The notes under the pieces are model-generated. The model saw only the letters and a list, made by a program, of their open reading frames with translations. It was not told the origin of the DNA and ran no database searches. The translations under genes and the position numbers were made by a program. A stretch of 64,000 nucleotides of DNA. It comes from Escherichia coli (lineage in GTDB: Bacteria > Pseudomonadota > Gammaproteobacteria > Enterobacterales > Enterobacteriaceae). Shown here one piece after another: positions 23,716 to 37,471 of the stretch; position 1 is the stretch's first letter; every line of letters begins with the position of its first letter. The stretch lies in assembly GCF_050920415.1 (NCBI RefSeq), contig NZ_CP169309.1; one strand, written 5' to 3'.

Positions 23716-23729
23716 GTGAAACCGGTCAC
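23716..23729. promoter_or_regulatory. Second AscG-type operator-like site GTGAAACCGGTCAC
   Basis: Shares the AACCGGT core with the first palindrome, 74 bp away. Confidence 0.5.
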
Positions 23730-23815
23730 CTGAATATTTTTCCCGCTGCTTGCGCAAGGACAATCAGCCAACGGTGCAGTACACTGCGTTGATTGCGTGT
23801 AAAGGGATGAAAATG

Positions 23816-24826
23816 ATGACGACGATGCTGGAAGTGGCGAAGCGCGCCGGGGTTTCAAAAGCGACCGTTTCCCGCGTGCTTTCAGGTAATGGCTACGTCA
23901 GCCAGGAGACTAAAGATCGCGTGTTTCAGGCGGTGGAAGAGAGCGGCTACCGCCCAAATTTGCTGGCGCGCAATCTGTCAGCGAAGAGTACCCAGACGCT
24001 AGGGCTGGTAGTGACCAACACGCTTTACCACGGCATTTATTTTAGTGAATTACTGTTTCATACCGCGAGAATGGCGGAAGAGAAAGGGCGTCAGCTGCTA
24101 TTGGCAGATGGCAAACATAGCGCCGAAGAAGAACGCCAGGCGATTCAGTATCTACTGGATCTGCGCTGCGACGCCATTATGATTTACCCGCGCTTTTTAA
24201 GCGTAGATGAGATTGATGACATCATTGACGCACACAATCAGCCGATAATGGTGCTCAATCGCCGCCTGCGCAAAAACAGCAGCCATAGTGTCTGGTGCGA
24301 TCATAAACAGACCAGCTTTAACGCCGTGGCAGAGTTGATAAACGCCGGACATCAGGAGATTGCTTTCCTTACCGGTTCGATGGATTCCCCCACCAGCATT
24401 GAACGCCTTGCCGGATATAAAGACGCGCTGGCGCAGCATGGTATTGCACTCAATGAAAAACTTATCGCTAACGGTAAATGGACGCCTGCCAGCGGGGCCG
24501 AAGGGGTAGAAACGTTGCTCGAACGTGGGGCTAAATTTAGCGCGTTAGTTGCCAGTAACGACGATATGGCGATAGGTGCGATGAAAGCGTTGCATGACCG
24601 TGGTGTAGCGGTGCCGGGGCAAGTGTCGGTTATTGGATTTGATGATATCGCAATTGCCCCCTACACCGTTCCGGCGCTCTCCAGCGTAAAAATTCCGGTG
24701 ACTGAGATGATTCAGGAAATAATTGGGCGGCTGATATTTATGCTCGATGGTGGTGCTTACTCACCGCCGAAAACCTTCAGCGGAAAACTAATCCGCCGCG
24801 ACTCACTCATTGCTCTTTCGCGATAA
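23816..24826 (+). CDS. ascG: LacI/GalR-family repressor of the asc operon
   Basis: 336 aa from MTTMLEVAKRAGVSKATVSRV (HTH); supplied ORF has a 22-aa upstream extension. Confidence 0.9.
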   Translation: MTTMLEVAKRAGVSKATVSRVLSGNGYVSQETKDRVFQAVEESGYRPNLLARNLSAKSTQTLGLVVTNTLYHGIYFSELLFHTARMAEEKGRQLLLADGKHSAEEERQAIQYLLDLRCDAIMIYPRFLSVDEIDDIIDAHNQPIMVLNRRLRKNSSHSVWCDHKQTSFNAVAELINAGHQEIAFLTGSMDSPTSIERLAGYKDALAQHGIALNEKLIANGKWTPASGAEGVETLLERGAKFSALVASNDDMAIGAMKALHDRGVAVPGQVSVIGFDDIAIAPYTVPALSSVKIPVTEMIQEIIGRLIFMLDGGAYSPPKTFSGKLIRRDSLIALSR

Positions 24827-24839
24827 ACATTGTCATCAC

Positions 24840-24876
24840 ATGTCATCGTCACTAGTGTCGATGACATCGTTTTTTC
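24840..24876 (+). terminator. Rho-independent terminator after ascG
   Basis: ATGTCATCG-tcactagtgt-CGATGACAT hairpin followed by CGTTTTTT. Confidence 0.75.
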
Positions 24877-24975
24877 TGCATTGCAGAATTTAATTTCTTT
24901 AAATAACAATGAATTAAAAATTGGCATGATTTGTGAATGTATCGGCAGCATTAACTGTCATTGCTGGAGAATTTG

Positions 24976-25503
24976 ATGAACCGTTTCATCATTGCTGACG
25001 CGAGTAAATGTATTGGTTGTCGTACCTGTGAAGTGGCGTGCGTGGTTTCTCATCAGGAGAATCAGGACTGTGCATCGCTGACCCCGGAAACTTTTTTACC
25101 GCGAATCCATGTCATTAAAGGTGTGAACATTTCCACGGCGACAGTCTGCCGTCAGTGTGAAGATGCACCGTGCGCTAACGTCTGCCCGAATGGTGCTATC
25201 AGCCGTGATAAAGGGTTTGTTCATGTCATGCAGGAACGTTGCATTGGTTGCAAAACCTGCGTTGTGGCTTGCCCGTATGGTGCGATGGAAGTGGTAGTGC
25301 GTCCGGTGATTCGCAACAGCGGCGCAGGGCTTAACGTACGCGCTGACAAAGCCGAAGCTAATAAATGCGACCTCTGTAACCATCGTGAAGACGGCCCGGC
25401 GTGTATGGCTGCTTGCCCGACCCATGCGCTGATTTGTGTCGATCGTAATAAACTTGAACAACTGAGCGCAGAAAAACGCCGCCGCACGGCGCTGATGTTC
25501 TAA
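24976..25503 (+). CDS. hydN: Electron transport protein HydN (4Fe-4S ferredoxin-type)
   Basis: 175 aa from [15 protein letters not shown]; four CxxCxxCxxxCP-type clusters. Confidence 0.93.
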   Translation: MNRFIIADASKCIGCRTCEVACVVSHQENQDCASLTPETFLPRIHVIKGVNISTATVCRQCEDAPCANVCPNGAISRDKGFVHVMQERCIGCKTCVVACPYGAMEVVVRPVIRNSGAGLNVRADKAEANKCDLCNHREDGPACMAACPTHALICVDRNKLEQLSAEKRRRTALMF

Positions 25504-25655
25504 AAATCTTACAGAACTGTTCTGGCATCAAAGGAATTCCCGGAAATATTCGTAGAATACGGAGCGGGCGGTATCGCCAACCTGTGACTACCGGATGCGA
25601 CGCGGTCGTGTCCGGCTGGGCGGGTTACGCAATTCATGATGGCGGGAATAACTCA

Positions 25656-27908
25656 ATGGCAAAAAACACATCTTGCGGTGTCCAACTGCGTATTCGTGGC
25701 AAAGTGCAGGGCGTCGGTTTTCGTCCCTTTGTCTGGCAACTGGCACAGCAATTAAATCTTCACGGCGATGTCTGTAATGACGGCGATGGCGTGGAAGTCC
25801 GGTTGCTGGAAGATCCGGAAATGTTTCTTGTTCAATTGCATCAGCACTGCCCGCCGCTGGCGCGTATTGATAGCGTCGAATGTGAGCAGTTTATCTGGAT
25901 GCAGCCGCCCACTGAGTTCACCATCCGCCAGAGCGCGGGCGGCGTCATGAATACGCAAATTGTTCCCGATGCCGCAACTTGCCCTGCCTGTCTTGCCGAA
26001 ATGAATACTCCAGGCGAACGGCGTTATCGTTATCCGTTTATCAACTGTACCCACTGCGGCCCGCGTTTCACCATTATTCGCGCGATGCCTTACGACCGTC
26101 CATTTACCGTGATGGCGGCGTTTCCGCTTTGTCCGGCCTGCGATAAAGAATATCGCGACCCGCTCGATCGTCGCTTCCACGCCCAGCCGGTGGCCTGCCC
26201 GGAGTGTGGCCCGCATCTTGAATGGCTAAGTCATGGTGAACATGCAGAACAAGAGGCGGCATTACAGGCAGCTATCGCACAGTTAAAAATGGGCAACATT
26301 GTCGCCATCAAAGGGATTGGCGGATTTCATCTCGCCTGCGATGCGCGTAACAGTAACGCGGTGGCGACACTTCGGGCACGCAAACATCGCCCGGCGAAAC
26401 CGCTGGCGGTCATGTTGCCAGTGACAGAAGATTTACCAGACGCTGCCCGTCAGTTGCTCACCACGCCCGCCGCGCCGATTGTGCTGGTGGATAAAAAATA
26501 TGTTCCGGAACTTTGTGACGATATCGCCCCTGGCCTTAACGAAGTCGGGGTGATGTTGCCTGCGAATCCGCTCCAGCATTTGCTGTTACAGGAACTGCAA
26601 TGCCCGCTGGTGATGACCTCCGGCAACCTGAGCGGTAAACCACCGGCTATCAGCAACGAACAGGCGCTGGAGGATTTGCAGGACATTGCCGACGGATTCT
26701 TGATTCATAACCGCGACATCGTGCAGCGGATGGATGATTCAGTGGTGCGCGAAAGTGGCGAAATGTTGCGCCGCTCGCGGGGGTATGTACCGGATGCGCT
26801 GGCTTTGCCTCCGGGCTTTAAAAATATTCCTCCTGTGTTGTGTCTCGGTGCGGATCTGAAAAATACCTTCTGTCTGGTGCGTGGTGAACAGGCGGTGTTG
26901 AGTCAACATTTGGGCGATTTAAGTGACGATGGCATTCAGATGCAGTGGCGCGAAGCGTTGCGTCTGATGCAAAACATCTACGATTTTACTCCACAGTTTG
27001 TGGTGCATGATGCGCATCCGGGCTATGTCTCCAGCCAGTGGGCGCGTGAGATGAATCTGCCGACGCAAACGGTGCTGCATCACCATGCCCACGCGGCGGC
27101 GTGTCTGGCAGAACATCACTGGCCGCTGGATGGCGGTGATGTCATTGCTTTGACGCTCGACGGTATTGGTATGGGCGAGAACGGCGCTTTATGGGGCGGC
27201 GAGTGCTTGCGGGTGAACTATCGCGAATGCCAGCACCTGGGCGGTTTGCCTGCGGTGGCGCTTGTTGGTGGCGATTTGGCTGCAAAGCAGCCGTGGCGTA
27301 ACCTGCTGGCGCAGTGCCTGCGCTTTGTGCCGGAGTGGCAGAATTACTCTGAAACGGCAAGTGTGCAACAGCAAAACTGGAGCGTGCTGGCGCGGGCCAT
27401 TGAGCGTGGAATCAATGCTCCGCTGGCATCATCGTGTGGGCGGTTGTTCGATGCCGTATCGGCTGCGCTGGGCTGTGCGCCAGCCACGTTAAGTTATGAA
27501 GGTGAAGCGGCTTGTGCTCTGGAGGCGCTCGCAGCTTCGTGCCACGGAGTGACGCATCCGGTGACGATGCCGCTGGTGGACAATCAACTGGATCTCGCCA
27601 CTTTCTGGCAGCAGTGGCTGAACTGGCAGGCTCCGGTTAATCAACGCGCGTGGGCGTTTCATGATGCACTGGCGCAGGGTTTTGCCGCGTTGATGCGTGA
27701 GCAGGCCACGATGTGCGGTATCACTACGCTGGTATTTAGCGGTGGGGTTATTCATAACCGTTTGCTGCGTGCACGTCTGGCGCATTATCTTGCTGATTTT
27801 ACGTTGCTCTTCCCGCAGAGTTTACCTGCGGGGGATGGCGGGTTGTCTCTGGGGCAGGGGGTTATTGTTGCGGCCCGTTGGGTGGCGGGTGAAGTCCAGA
27901 ACGGATAA
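25656..27908 (+). CDS. hypF: Carbamoyltransferase HypF ([NiFe]-hydrogenase maturation)
   Basis: 750 aa from [10 protein letters not shown]; acylphosphatase domain, two CxxC zinc-finger pairs, YrdC and Kae1-like domains. Confidence 0.95.
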   Translation: MAKNTSCGVQLRIRGKVQGVGFRPFVWQLAQQLNLHGDVCNDGDGVEVRLLEDPEMFLVQLHQHCPPLARIDSVECEQFIWMQPPTEFTIRQSAGGVMNTQIVPDAATCPACLAEMNTPGERRYRYPFINCTHCGPRFTIIRAMPYDRPFTVMAAFPLCPACDKEYRDPLDRRFHAQPVACPECGPHLEWLSHGEHAEQEAALQAAIAQLKMGNIVAIKGIGGFHLACDARNSNAVATLRARKHRPAKPLAVMLPVTEDLPDAARQLLTTPAAPIVLVDKKYVPELCDDIAPGLNEVGVMLPANPLQHLLLQELQCPLVMTSGNLSGKPPAISNEQALEDLQDIADGFLIHNRDIVQRMDDSVVRESGEMLRRSRGYVPDALALPPGFKNIPPVLCLGADLKNTFCLVRGEQAVLSQHLGDLSDDGIQMQWREALRLMQNIYDFTPQFVVHDAHPGYVSSQWAREMNLPTQTVLHHHAHAAACLAEHHWPLDGGDVIALTLDGIGMGENGALWGGECLRVNYRECQHLGGLPAVALVGGDLAAKQPWRNLLAQCLRFVPEWQNYSETASVQQQNWSVLARAIERGINAPLASSCGRLFDAVSAALGCAPATLSYEGEAACALEALAASCHGVTHPVTMPLVDNQLDLATFWQQWLNWQAPVNQRAWAFHDALAQGFAALMREQATMCGITTLVFSGGVIHNRLLRARLAHYLADFTLLFPQSLPAGDGGLSLGQGVIVAARWVAGEVQNG

Positions 27909-27930
27909 ACGTGTTGCATTTGGGCGCAGT

Positions 27931-27961
27931 GCCGGATGCGGCGTGAACGCCTTATCCGGCC
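27931..27961. repeat. REP element
   Basis: GCCGGATGCGGCGTGAACGCCTTATCCGGCC between convergent hypF and norW. Confidence 0.75.
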
Positions 27962-28001
27962 TTGTATTATCCCTCCAGGCATTTTGGGTACAGTAGCCCG
28001 C

Positions 28002-29135
28002 CTACATCGGCAAGGTTTTCAACATTCCAAACGCCTCTTTCATCCGATCCTCACTGACTACAAAGGCGCGAAGCTGGTCGGCATCGTCAACGCCGCGCGC
28101 CACCATTCCCTGGCTTTCGGTACAAATCTGCCAGCGCAAATCCTGACGCTGGGTTTCGCCTGCCAGATGCAGCGGTAATTCCGGCGTTTTGATTTTCACC
28201 AGCATCGCCGGTAGTTTCAGCGGCGTGTTATTGCCGAGAAGATTTTTTGCCAGCACCATCGCGCTAAGTTGAATCGGCTGGAGGAACGGCAATACCTGAC
28301 CGTTAATTTCTGCGCAATCGCCCAGCGCGTAAATATCGGCATTACTGGTTTGCAGATAGCTATCGACGCAAACGCCGCGATTAATCGTCAGCCCGGCGCG
28401 TCGTGCCAGGGCGGTTTCCGGGCGCAGTCCGGTGGCGGCAATTACCGCATCCACTTCGATGCTGCGCTGGCGGTCCAGCGTTGCCAGAATGCCATAATTC
28501 GTTTTTTCCAGCCCCTGCAACTGAGATTTCAACAGCAGATGAACGCCCATCTCCGTCAACCGATGCTGTAAGCGACTGCTTACTTCCGGTGGCATTAACG
28601 ACGCCAGAATACTGGCAGCGTTGTCGATTAGCGTGACCGCTTTGCCTGCCCGACAAAAATCCATCGCCAGCTCGCTACCAATCAAGCCACCGCCTACAAT
28701 CAACACCCGTCGGGCATCCCGCAGTTGTGTTTCACAGGCGCGATATTCTTGCTGACTATTTAACGTCAGCATTAACTCACGCCCAGGCACCGGCGGGACA
28801 AAGGCGCTGGCTCCGGTAGCCAGCACTAGCTTGTCGTATTGCCACTGATTATTCTGGCTTTTCACCACATGGGCTTCGGCATCGATATCCGTCACCCAGG
28901 TGTGCGGAAACAGGCGCAGATTAAACTGCTCGGCAAATTCACCCGCCGTCTGGCGGGTAAGGTCGTCGGCACGTTGCCCCTGACTGATCACATGGCTAAG
29001 ATCAGGTTTGTTGTACTCATCCATGCTGTCGGCGGCAATCAGGGTCAATGGAATACTGGCGTCCTGTTTGCGAATATTTTTCACCAGTTGGCGGGCGGCG
29101 AAGCCCGAACCAATGATCACAATGCCGTTGCTCAT
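28002..29135 (-). CDS. norW: NADH:flavorubredoxin reductase
   Basis: 377-aa ORF; FAD/NAD Rossmann motifs GSGFAA and GGGLIG. Confidence 0.95.
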   Translation of the reverse strand: MSNGIVIIGSGFAARQLVKNIRKQDASIPLTLIAADSMDEYNKPDLSHVISQGQRADDLTRQTAGEFAEQFNLRLFPHTWVTDIDAEAHVVKSQNNQWQYDKLVLATGASAFVPPVPGRELMLTLNSQQEYRACETQLRDARRVLIVGGGLIGSELAMDFCRAGKAVTLIDNAASILASLMPPEVSSRLQHRLTEMGVHLLLKSQLQGLEKTNYGILATLDRQRSIEVDAVIAATGLRPETALARRAGLTINRGVCVDSYLQTSNADIYALGDCAEINGQVLPFLQPIQLSAMVLAKNLLGNNTPLKLPAMLVKIKTPELPLHLAGETQRQDLRWQICTESQGMVARGVDDADQLRAFVVSEDRMKEAFGMLKTLPM

Positions 29136-30571
29136 TTTGCCTCCGATGCCAGTTCGTCAAAGACGTCTTTGCCAAGGGAGCATTCCGGGCACAGGAAGTT
29201 ATCCGGGACTTCACTCCACGGCGTTCCTGGCGCAACGTCCTGCATTGGCTCGCCTTTTGCCGGATCGTAAATCCACTGGCAGACGCTGCACTGCATCCGT
29301 GGGCCGAGGTCAGCCGTCGTGGTGGCACAGGTTTCTTCTTTAACCACCGTATTCACCGTGCTTTGCGGCAGCGGCGAAAGCGCCCACTGACGGGCAATTT
29401 CACGACCGTGTTCACGGCATAATTCCAGTGCATCCTGGTCCGGTCGCCATTTGGCTTTCAGGCTAAGCGACATTTCGAAACCCGCATCTTGCAGGCGCGT
29501 GGAAAGACGATCCACGGCACCGCCGCTCCAGCCGTGAGAGCCGAAAGCACTGGCGCGTTTGTTACGGAAGCGTAATCCGGTCATCTCCTCCACCAGCCCG
29601 GCGATTTTCGGCATCATCACGTTATTCATCGTCGAAGTGCCAACCAGCACGCCTTTTGAGCGGAAGACATTGGTCAAGATTTCGTTTTTATCGCTTCGGG
29701 CGACGTTGAAAATTTTCACCGCCACGCGCGGGTCGGTTTCCGCAATCCCCTGGGCGATAGCGTCAGCCATCATGCGGGTGTTATTCGACATGGTGTCGTA
29801 GAAAATGGTGATTCTGTCTTCCTGATAATCCGCCGCCCATTTCAGGTACAGCTCGACAATTTGCGTCGGGTTATCGCGCCATACCACGCCGTGAGAGGTG
29901 GCAATCATATCGACCGGCAAGTTAAAGCCCAGGATCTCGGTGATTTTCGGCGTTACCAGGCGGCTGAACGGTGTCAGGATATTGGCGTAGTAACGCTGAC
30001 ACTGCTCGAAAAGCTCGGTCTGATCCACTTCATCGTTGAAGAGATGCTCGTCGCAGTAGTGCTGACCGAAAGCATCGTTACTGAACAGCACCGCGTCGCC
30101 CGTCAGGTAAGTCATCATGCTGTCCGGCCAGTGCAGCATTGGCGTTTCGACAAAAATGAGCTGTTTGCCGTTGCCGATATCCAGCGTGTCACCAGTTTTC
30201 ACCACATTAAAATTCCACTCCGGATGATGGTGATGACCATTTATTGAGTCGATAGCGTTGGCAGTACAATAGATCGGCGTATCGGGAATTTGCGCCATCA
30301 GTTCGGTCAGCGCCCCGGCGTGGTCCTCTTCAGCATGGTTAATCACGATGTAATCGATATCCGCCAGATCGATTTCATTACGCAGGTTCTGCACAAATTC
30401 GCGGCTGAATTTATGGTCGACGGTGTCGATCAGCACGTTTTTTTCTTCACGAATGAGGTAGCTGTTGTAGCTGCTGCCGCGCAGCGTTTTATATTCCGTG
30501 CCGTGAAAATCACGCACTTCCCAGTCACGTTGACCAACCCAATGAATGTTATTTTTCACCACAATAGACAT
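29132..30571 (-). CDS. norV: Anaerobic nitric oxide reductase flavorubredoxin
   Basis: 479-aa ORF; metallo-beta-lactamase plus flavodoxin domains and C-terminal rubredoxin CxxC...CPxC. Confidence 0.95.
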   Translation of the reverse strand: MSIVVKNNIHWVGQRDWEVRDFHGTEYKTLRGSSYNSYLIREEKNVLIDTVDHKFSREFVQNLRNEIDLADIDYIVINHAEEDHAGALTELMAQIPDTPIYCTANAIDSINGHHHHPEWNFNVVKTGDTLDIGNGKQLIFVETPMLHWPDSMMTYLTGDAVLFSNDAFGQHYCDEHLFNDEVDQTELFEQCQRYYANILTPFSRLVTPKITEILGFNLPVDMIATSHGVVWRDNPTQIVELYLKWAADYQEDRITIFYDTMSNNTRMMADAIAQGIAETDPRVAVKIFNVARSDKNEILTNVFRSKGVLVGTSTMNNVMMPKIAGLVEEMTGLRFRNKRASAFGSHGWSGGAVDRLSTRLQDAGFEMSLSLKAKWRPDQDALELCREHGREIARQWALSPLPQSTVNTVVKEETCATTTADLGPRMQCSVCQWIYDPAKGEPMQDVAPGTPWSEVPDNFLCPECSLGKDVFDELASEAK

Positions 30572-30617
30572 AGCAACCTCAATTTATTCAGCGTGTTCTA
30601 AAAAGATGTCTTGCTAA

Positions 30618-30634
30618 TTGCAGATTGCGTGCCA
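30618..30634 (-). promoter_or_regulatory. sigma54 promoter of norVW: TGGCAC-gcaat-CTGCA on minus strand
   Basis: Plus strand TTGCAGATTGCGTGCCAG; GG-N10-GC spacing as consensus. Confidence 0.8.
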
Positions 30635-30689
30635 GTTTTTTATCTGATTGTTTTTACTATACAAATAAAATTATGCTCATTAATGAGTA

Positions 30690-30745
30690 GTCAAAATGAC
30701 TATCAATCAAATGGTCGATATGACAATATCTATAGTCAAATTGAC
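30690..30745. promoter_or_regulatory. Three NorR enhancer sites (GT-N7-AC inverted repeats)
   Basis: GTCAaaaTGAC (30690-30700), GTCgatatGAC (30714-30724), GTCAaatTGAC (30735-30745); centres 24 and 21 bp apart, upstream of the norV sigma54 promoter and overlapping the norR promoter. Confidence 0.8.
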
Positions 30746-30757
30746 AGTGAGGCAAAG

Positions 30758-32272
30758 ATGAGTTTTTCCGTTGATGTGCTGGCGAATATCGCCATCGAAT
30801 TGCAGCGTGGGATTGGTCATCAGGACCGTTTTCAGCGCCTGATCACCACGCTGCGTCAGGTGCTAGAGTGCGATGCGTCTGCGTTGCTACGTTACGACTC
30901 GCGGCAGTTTATTCCGCTTGCCATCGACGGGCTGGCGAAGGATGTTCTCGGTAGACGCTTTGCGCTGGAAGGGCATCCACGGCTGGAAGCGATTGCCCGC
31001 GCCGGGGACGTGGTGCGCTTTCCCGCAGACAGCGAATTGCCCGATCCCTATGACGGTTTGATTCCAGGGCAGGAGAGTCTGAAGGTTCACGCCTGTGTTG
31101 GTCTGCCCTTATTTGCCGGGCAAAACCTGATCGGCGCACTGACGCTCGATGGGATGCAGCCCGATCAGTTCGATGTTTTCAGCGACGAAGAGTTACGGCT
31201 GATTGCTGCGCTGGCGGCGGGAGCGTTAAGCAATGCGTTGCTGATTGAACAACTGGAAAGCCAGAATATGCTGCCAGGCGATGCCACGCCGTTTGAAGCG
31301 GTGAAACAGACGCAGATGATCGGCCTGTCGCCAGGCATGACGCAATTGAAAAAACAGATTGAGATTGTGGCGGCGTCCGATCTCAACGTCCTAATCAGTG
31401 GTGAGACGGGAACGGGTAAGGAATTGGTGGCGAAAGCGATTCATGAAGCCTCGCCGCGGGCGGTGAATCCGTTGGTCTATCTCAACTGTGCCGCACTGCC
31501 GGAAAGTGTGGCGGAAAGTGAGTTGTTCGGGCACGTGAAAGGGGCGTTTACTGGCGCTATCAGTAACCGCAGCGGGAAGTTTGAAATGGCGGATAACGGC
31601 ACGCTGTTTCTGGATGAGATCGGCGAGTTGTCGTTGGCATTGCAGGCCAAGCTGCTGAGGGTGTTGCAGTATGGCGATATTCAGCGCGTTGGCGATGACC
31701 GCAGTTTGCGGGTCGATGTGCGCGTGCTGGCGGCGACTAACCGCGACTTGCGCGAAGAGGTGCTGGCAGGGCGATTTCGTGCTGACTTGTTTCATCGCCT
31801 GAGTGTGTTTCCGCTTTTGGTGCCGCCGCTGCGTGAGCGGGGTGATGACGTCATTCTTCTGGCGGGGTATTTCTGTGAGCAGTGTCGTTTGCGGCTGGGG
31901 CTCTCCCGCGTGGTATTAAGTGCCGGGGCGCGGAATTTATTGCAACACTATAGTTTTCCGGGGAACGTGCGCGAACTGGAACATGCTATTCATCGGGCGG
32001 TGGTGCTGGCGAGAGCCACCCGCAGCGGCGATGAAGTGATTCTTGAAGCGCAACATTTTGCTTTTCCTGAGGTGACGTTGCCGCCGCCAGAAGCGGCGGC
32101 GGTGCCCGTTGTTAAGCAAAACCTGCGTGAAGCGACAGAAGCGTTCCAGCGTGAAACTATTCGCCAGGCGCTGGCACAAAATCATCACAACTGGGCTGCC
32201 AGCGCACGGATGCTGGAAACCGACGTCGCCAACCTGCATCGGCTGGCGAAACGTCTGGGGCTGAAGGATTAA
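30758..32272 (+). CDS. norR: NO-responsive sigma54-dependent transcriptional activator NorR
   Basis: 504 aa from [12 protein letters not shown]; GAF domain, AAA+ GETGTGKE and GAFTGA motifs, C-terminal HTH. Confidence 0.93.
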   Translation: MSFSVDVLANIAIELQRGIGHQDRFQRLITTLRQVLECDASALLRYDSRQFIPLAIDGLAKDVLGRRFALEGHPRLEAIARAGDVVRFPADSELPDPYDGLIPGQESLKVHACVGLPLFAGQNLIGALTLDGMQPDQFDVFSDEELRLIAALAAGALSNALLIEQLESQNMLPGDATPFEAVKQTQMIGLSPGMTQLKKQIEIVAASDLNVLISGETGTGKELVAKAIHEASPRAVNPLVYLNCAALPESVAESELFGHVKGAFTGAISNRSGKFEMADNGTLFLDEIGELSLALQAKLLRVLQYGDIQRVGDDRSLRVDVRVLAATNRDLREEVLAGRFRADLFHRLSVFPLLVPPLRERGDDVILLAGYFCEQCRLRLGLSRVVLSAGARNLLQHYSFPGNVRELEHAIHRAVVLARATRSGDEVILEAQHFAFPEVTLPPPEAAAVPVVKQNLREATEAFQRETIRQALAQNHHNWAASARMLETDVANLHRLAKRLGLKD

Positions 32273-33234
32273 ATAATCCCGGCCTGATAGAAATCCTGCA
32301 GGTTAATTGCGCCGGTAAGTTTGCCGTTTTCATCCACCACTGGTGCGGCGGTGATTTTGCGCTTCATCAGGATCTCTTTGGCGTCGATGGCGCGACTTTG
32401 CGATAGCAACGTCGTGCCGCCTGCCGTCATCGCTTCATTAACTGGCGTGGTGAGTGCACCGCCGCCAACCAGCCAGCGACGTAAATCCCCGTCGGTAAAG
32501 ACGCCTTTCACCAGTCGTTGATCGTCGCACACTGCTACCAGTCCCAGACCGGTGCGACTGAGTTCCAGCATCGCATCCATCACGCTGGCGGTTAACGCCA
32601 CCTGCGGGATGGCGTCATCACGGCGCATCAGATGATGCACTTTGTTCAGCAAGCGAGCGCCCAGTGCCCCAGCTGGGTGGGAGCGGGCAAAATCTTCTTC
32701 ATTAAATCCGCGCGCCTGCATGACCGCCATCGCCAGCGCGTCGCCCATCATCAGGGTATTGACGGTGCTGGAGGTCGGTGCAAGATGCATCGGGCAGGCT
32801 TCGCGTTCTACAGAGATATCCAGCACCGCTTTCGCCGCCAGGCCCAGCGGTGATGTCGGTTTACCGGTCATCGCCAGCAGCGCGATAGATTTGTCTTCCA
32901 GACGCGGAATAATCAGATCCAGTTCCTTTGCGCCACCGGAGTAAGAGATAAACAGCATCACATCGCGGCTTTCAATCATCCCCAGATCGCCGTGCAGTGC
33001 CTCTGCCGGATGGACAAAAAAAGCCGGTGTGCCGGTACTGGCAAGCGTTGCGGCGATTTTCTTACCAATGTGGCCCGATTTGCCAATTCCCGAAACCACC
33101 ACTTTGCCTTCGCAGTGCAGGATGATATTGGCGGCGCGAACAAAATCATCGCCCAGACGTTCTGGTAAACGGCTTGCTTCCTGCAACTCCAGCATTAACG
33201 TCTGACGTCCCGCGTTCAGTAGTGCTTCACTCAT
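32269..33234 (-). CDS. gutQ: D-arabinose 5-phosphate isomerase (SIS + CBS domains)
   Basis: 321-aa ORF; SIS motif VSGIGKSG; 4-bp overlap with norR end. Confidence 0.93.
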   Translation of the reverse strand: MSEALLNAGRQTLMLELQEASRLPERLGDDFVRAANIILHCEGKVVVSGIGKSGHIGKKIAATLASTGTPAFFVHPAEALHGDLGMIESRDVMLFISYSGGAKELDLIIPRLEDKSIALLAMTGKPTSPLGLAAKAVLDISVEREACPMHLAPTSSTVNTLMMGDALAMAVMQARGFNEEDFARSHPAGALGARLLNKVHHLMRRDDAIPQVALTASVMDAMLELSRTGLGLVAVCDDQRLVKGVFTDGDLRRWLVGGGALTTPVNEAMTAGGTTLLSQSRAIDAKEILMKRKITAAPVVDENGKLTGAINLQDFYQAGII

Positions 33235-34000
33235 TGCTCTCTCCGGTTATGATCACGTCGATCCCTTTTTCTTCCAGCGCCTGACGAAACGCTGGATCGA
33301 TACCTGCGTCGGTAATCAGTTTATCGACGCTTTCAAGACTACAAACCACGTTGGGGCTTTTACGGCCAAACTTCGATGAGTCAGCCATCAAAATAACTTC
33401 GCGCGCGGCATTACACATCGCTTTACTGACGGTATAGACCTCGTTGAAGGTGGTTACGCCTGCATTGAGATCGATGCCATCGGTGCCCATAAACAATTTA
33501 TCGAAGCTGAAATGTTCGAAGGCGTTCTCTGCCAGCTGCCCGTGAAATGAGGCCGATTTTTTACGAAATGTGCCGCCTGGCATCAGGATAGTTTGTTCGT
33601 TATCCAGTTCGGATAGCGCATTGACGATGTGCAGGCTGTTGGTCATTACTGTGATGTTATTAAAGCGCGAGAGCAGGGGGACCATCTGCAAAACGGTGCT
33701 GCCAGCATCAAGAATGATCGAATCGCCATCATGGATAAAACTAACGGCAGCTTCTGCAATCAGCTCTTTCTTGTGGGTGTTGATGAGTGTTTTATGATCG
33801 ATAGGCGGATCGGATTCCTCTTTATTCAACACCACTCCGCCATAAGTACGAATGACGGTTCCTGCATGTTCCAGAATGACCAGATCTTTGCGAATGGTTG
33901 TGCCTGTGGTGTCAAAGTATTGCGCCAATTCTTCAACCGAGCATTTACCCTGCTTTTGCAGATACTCCAGAATGGCGGCCTGACGCTGACGAGGTTTCAT
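33227..34000 (-). CDS. srlR: DeoR-family glucitol operon repressor
   Basis: 257-aa ORF; N-terminal HTH, DeoR C-terminal domain. Confidence 0.93.
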   Translation of the reverse strand: MKPRQRQAAILEYLQKQGKCSVEELAQYFDTTGTTIRKDLVILEHAGTVIRTYGGVVLNKEESDPPIDHKTLINTHKKELIAEAAVSFIHDGDSIILDAGSTVLQMVPLLSRFNNITVMTNSLHIVNALSELDNEQTILMPGGTFRKKSASFHGQLAENAFEHFSFDKLFMGTDGIDLNAGVTTFNEVYTVSKAMCNAAREVILMADSSKFGRKSPNVVCSLESVDKLITDAGIDPAFRQALEEKGIDVIITGESNE

Positions 34001-34066
34001 GGGCGTGATTACCTGATTTAGGTTTCAAAATGATAACTTCGCAAGCAAGTAACATTCACAACGAAA

Positions 34067-34426
34067 TTATCCACGTTTCAGTTTAAGCGCCAATGATAGA
34101 GCATTCTGTGATAGTGGATCATGGGGAAAGATCACATCGGGCTGTAAATCAGCAGAATGCATGCCCGTAATTGCGGGAATTTTTTGCGGTCGGGCGAAGA
34201 CAGTCAGTCCTTTCATAAACAAGGTGTCGACGATGCGCTGCTGATCGTCCAGGGCGATGGCGACCACGACCCGCGGTTTAAAGCGCCCGCTGGAACGGCC
34301 CACGCCAACCCGCCCTTGCTGGCATAGTGTGTCGAAGGCACGGTTAAAACGAGAAATTTGCCAGCCGCCTAAGGCCAGTTGCGCACACCAGGCGATAACG
34401 GCGACGGTGATGAGTGCGGATACCAT
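34067..34426 (-). CDS. gutM: Glucitol operon activator GutM
   Basis: 119-aa ORF with N-terminal hydrophobic segment. Confidence 0.9.
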   Translation of the reverse strand: MVSALITVAVIAWCAQLALGGWQISRFNRAFDTLCQQGRVGVGRSSGRFKPRVVVAIALDDQQRIVDTLFMKGLTVFARPQKIPAITGMHSADLQPDVIFPHDPLSQNALSLALKLKRG

Positions 34427-34457
34427 AACTTTTCCTTAATGTAGTGGCGGAAGTCCT

Positions 34458-34487
34458 GTAGGCCTGATAAGCGTAGCGCATCAGGCA
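34458..34487. repeat. REP element
   Basis: GTAGGCCTGATAAGCGTAGCGCATCAGGCA. Confidence 0.75.
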
Positions 34488-34500
34488 TTCTATTAGTCTC

Positions 34501-34525
34501 GCGGAGATCCTTAACGGATCTCCGC
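34501..34525 (-). other. Perfect 10-bp-stem hairpin immediately downstream of srlD, no U-tract (intra-operon stabiliser or attenuator-like)
   Basis: GCGGAGATCC-ttaac-GGATCTCCGC. Confidence 0.6.
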
Positions 34526-34531
34526 TGTTGA

Positions 34532-35686
<1,155 letters not shown>

Positions 35687-35696
35687 GTTTCAGCCT

Positions 35697-37234
<1,538 letters not shown>

Positions 37235-37274
37235 TTATTGTTTTATTACCAAATGGCAACCTAATCTAATCAGA

Positions 37275-37338
37275 TTGAAAGATTTAAAAGTGTTATTTTG
37301 ATCTCAAAATGAAAGATAAATATTTTAATTTGAAAGTT
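37275..37338. promoter_or_regulatory. srl promoter region: three direct TGAAAG-containing repeats plus a CRP-like site (TGTTA-N6-TCTCA, 37291-37306)
   Basis: TTGAAAGAT (37275-37283), ATGAAAGAT (37309-37317), TTGAAAGTT (37330-37338); candidate DeoR-family (SrlR) direct-repeat operators. Confidence 0.4.
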
Positions 37339-37471
37339 TGTATAAAAGGATAGTGAGGCGGATGAGTTGAGTTATGTAAAGTCTGTATCGGGCAGTGACT
37401 ACCGCTTCCTTGTGCAGGGCGGGATGCTTTACCATACTTGCCCCTGGTTGAATTTGTTAAATGGACCCCTC

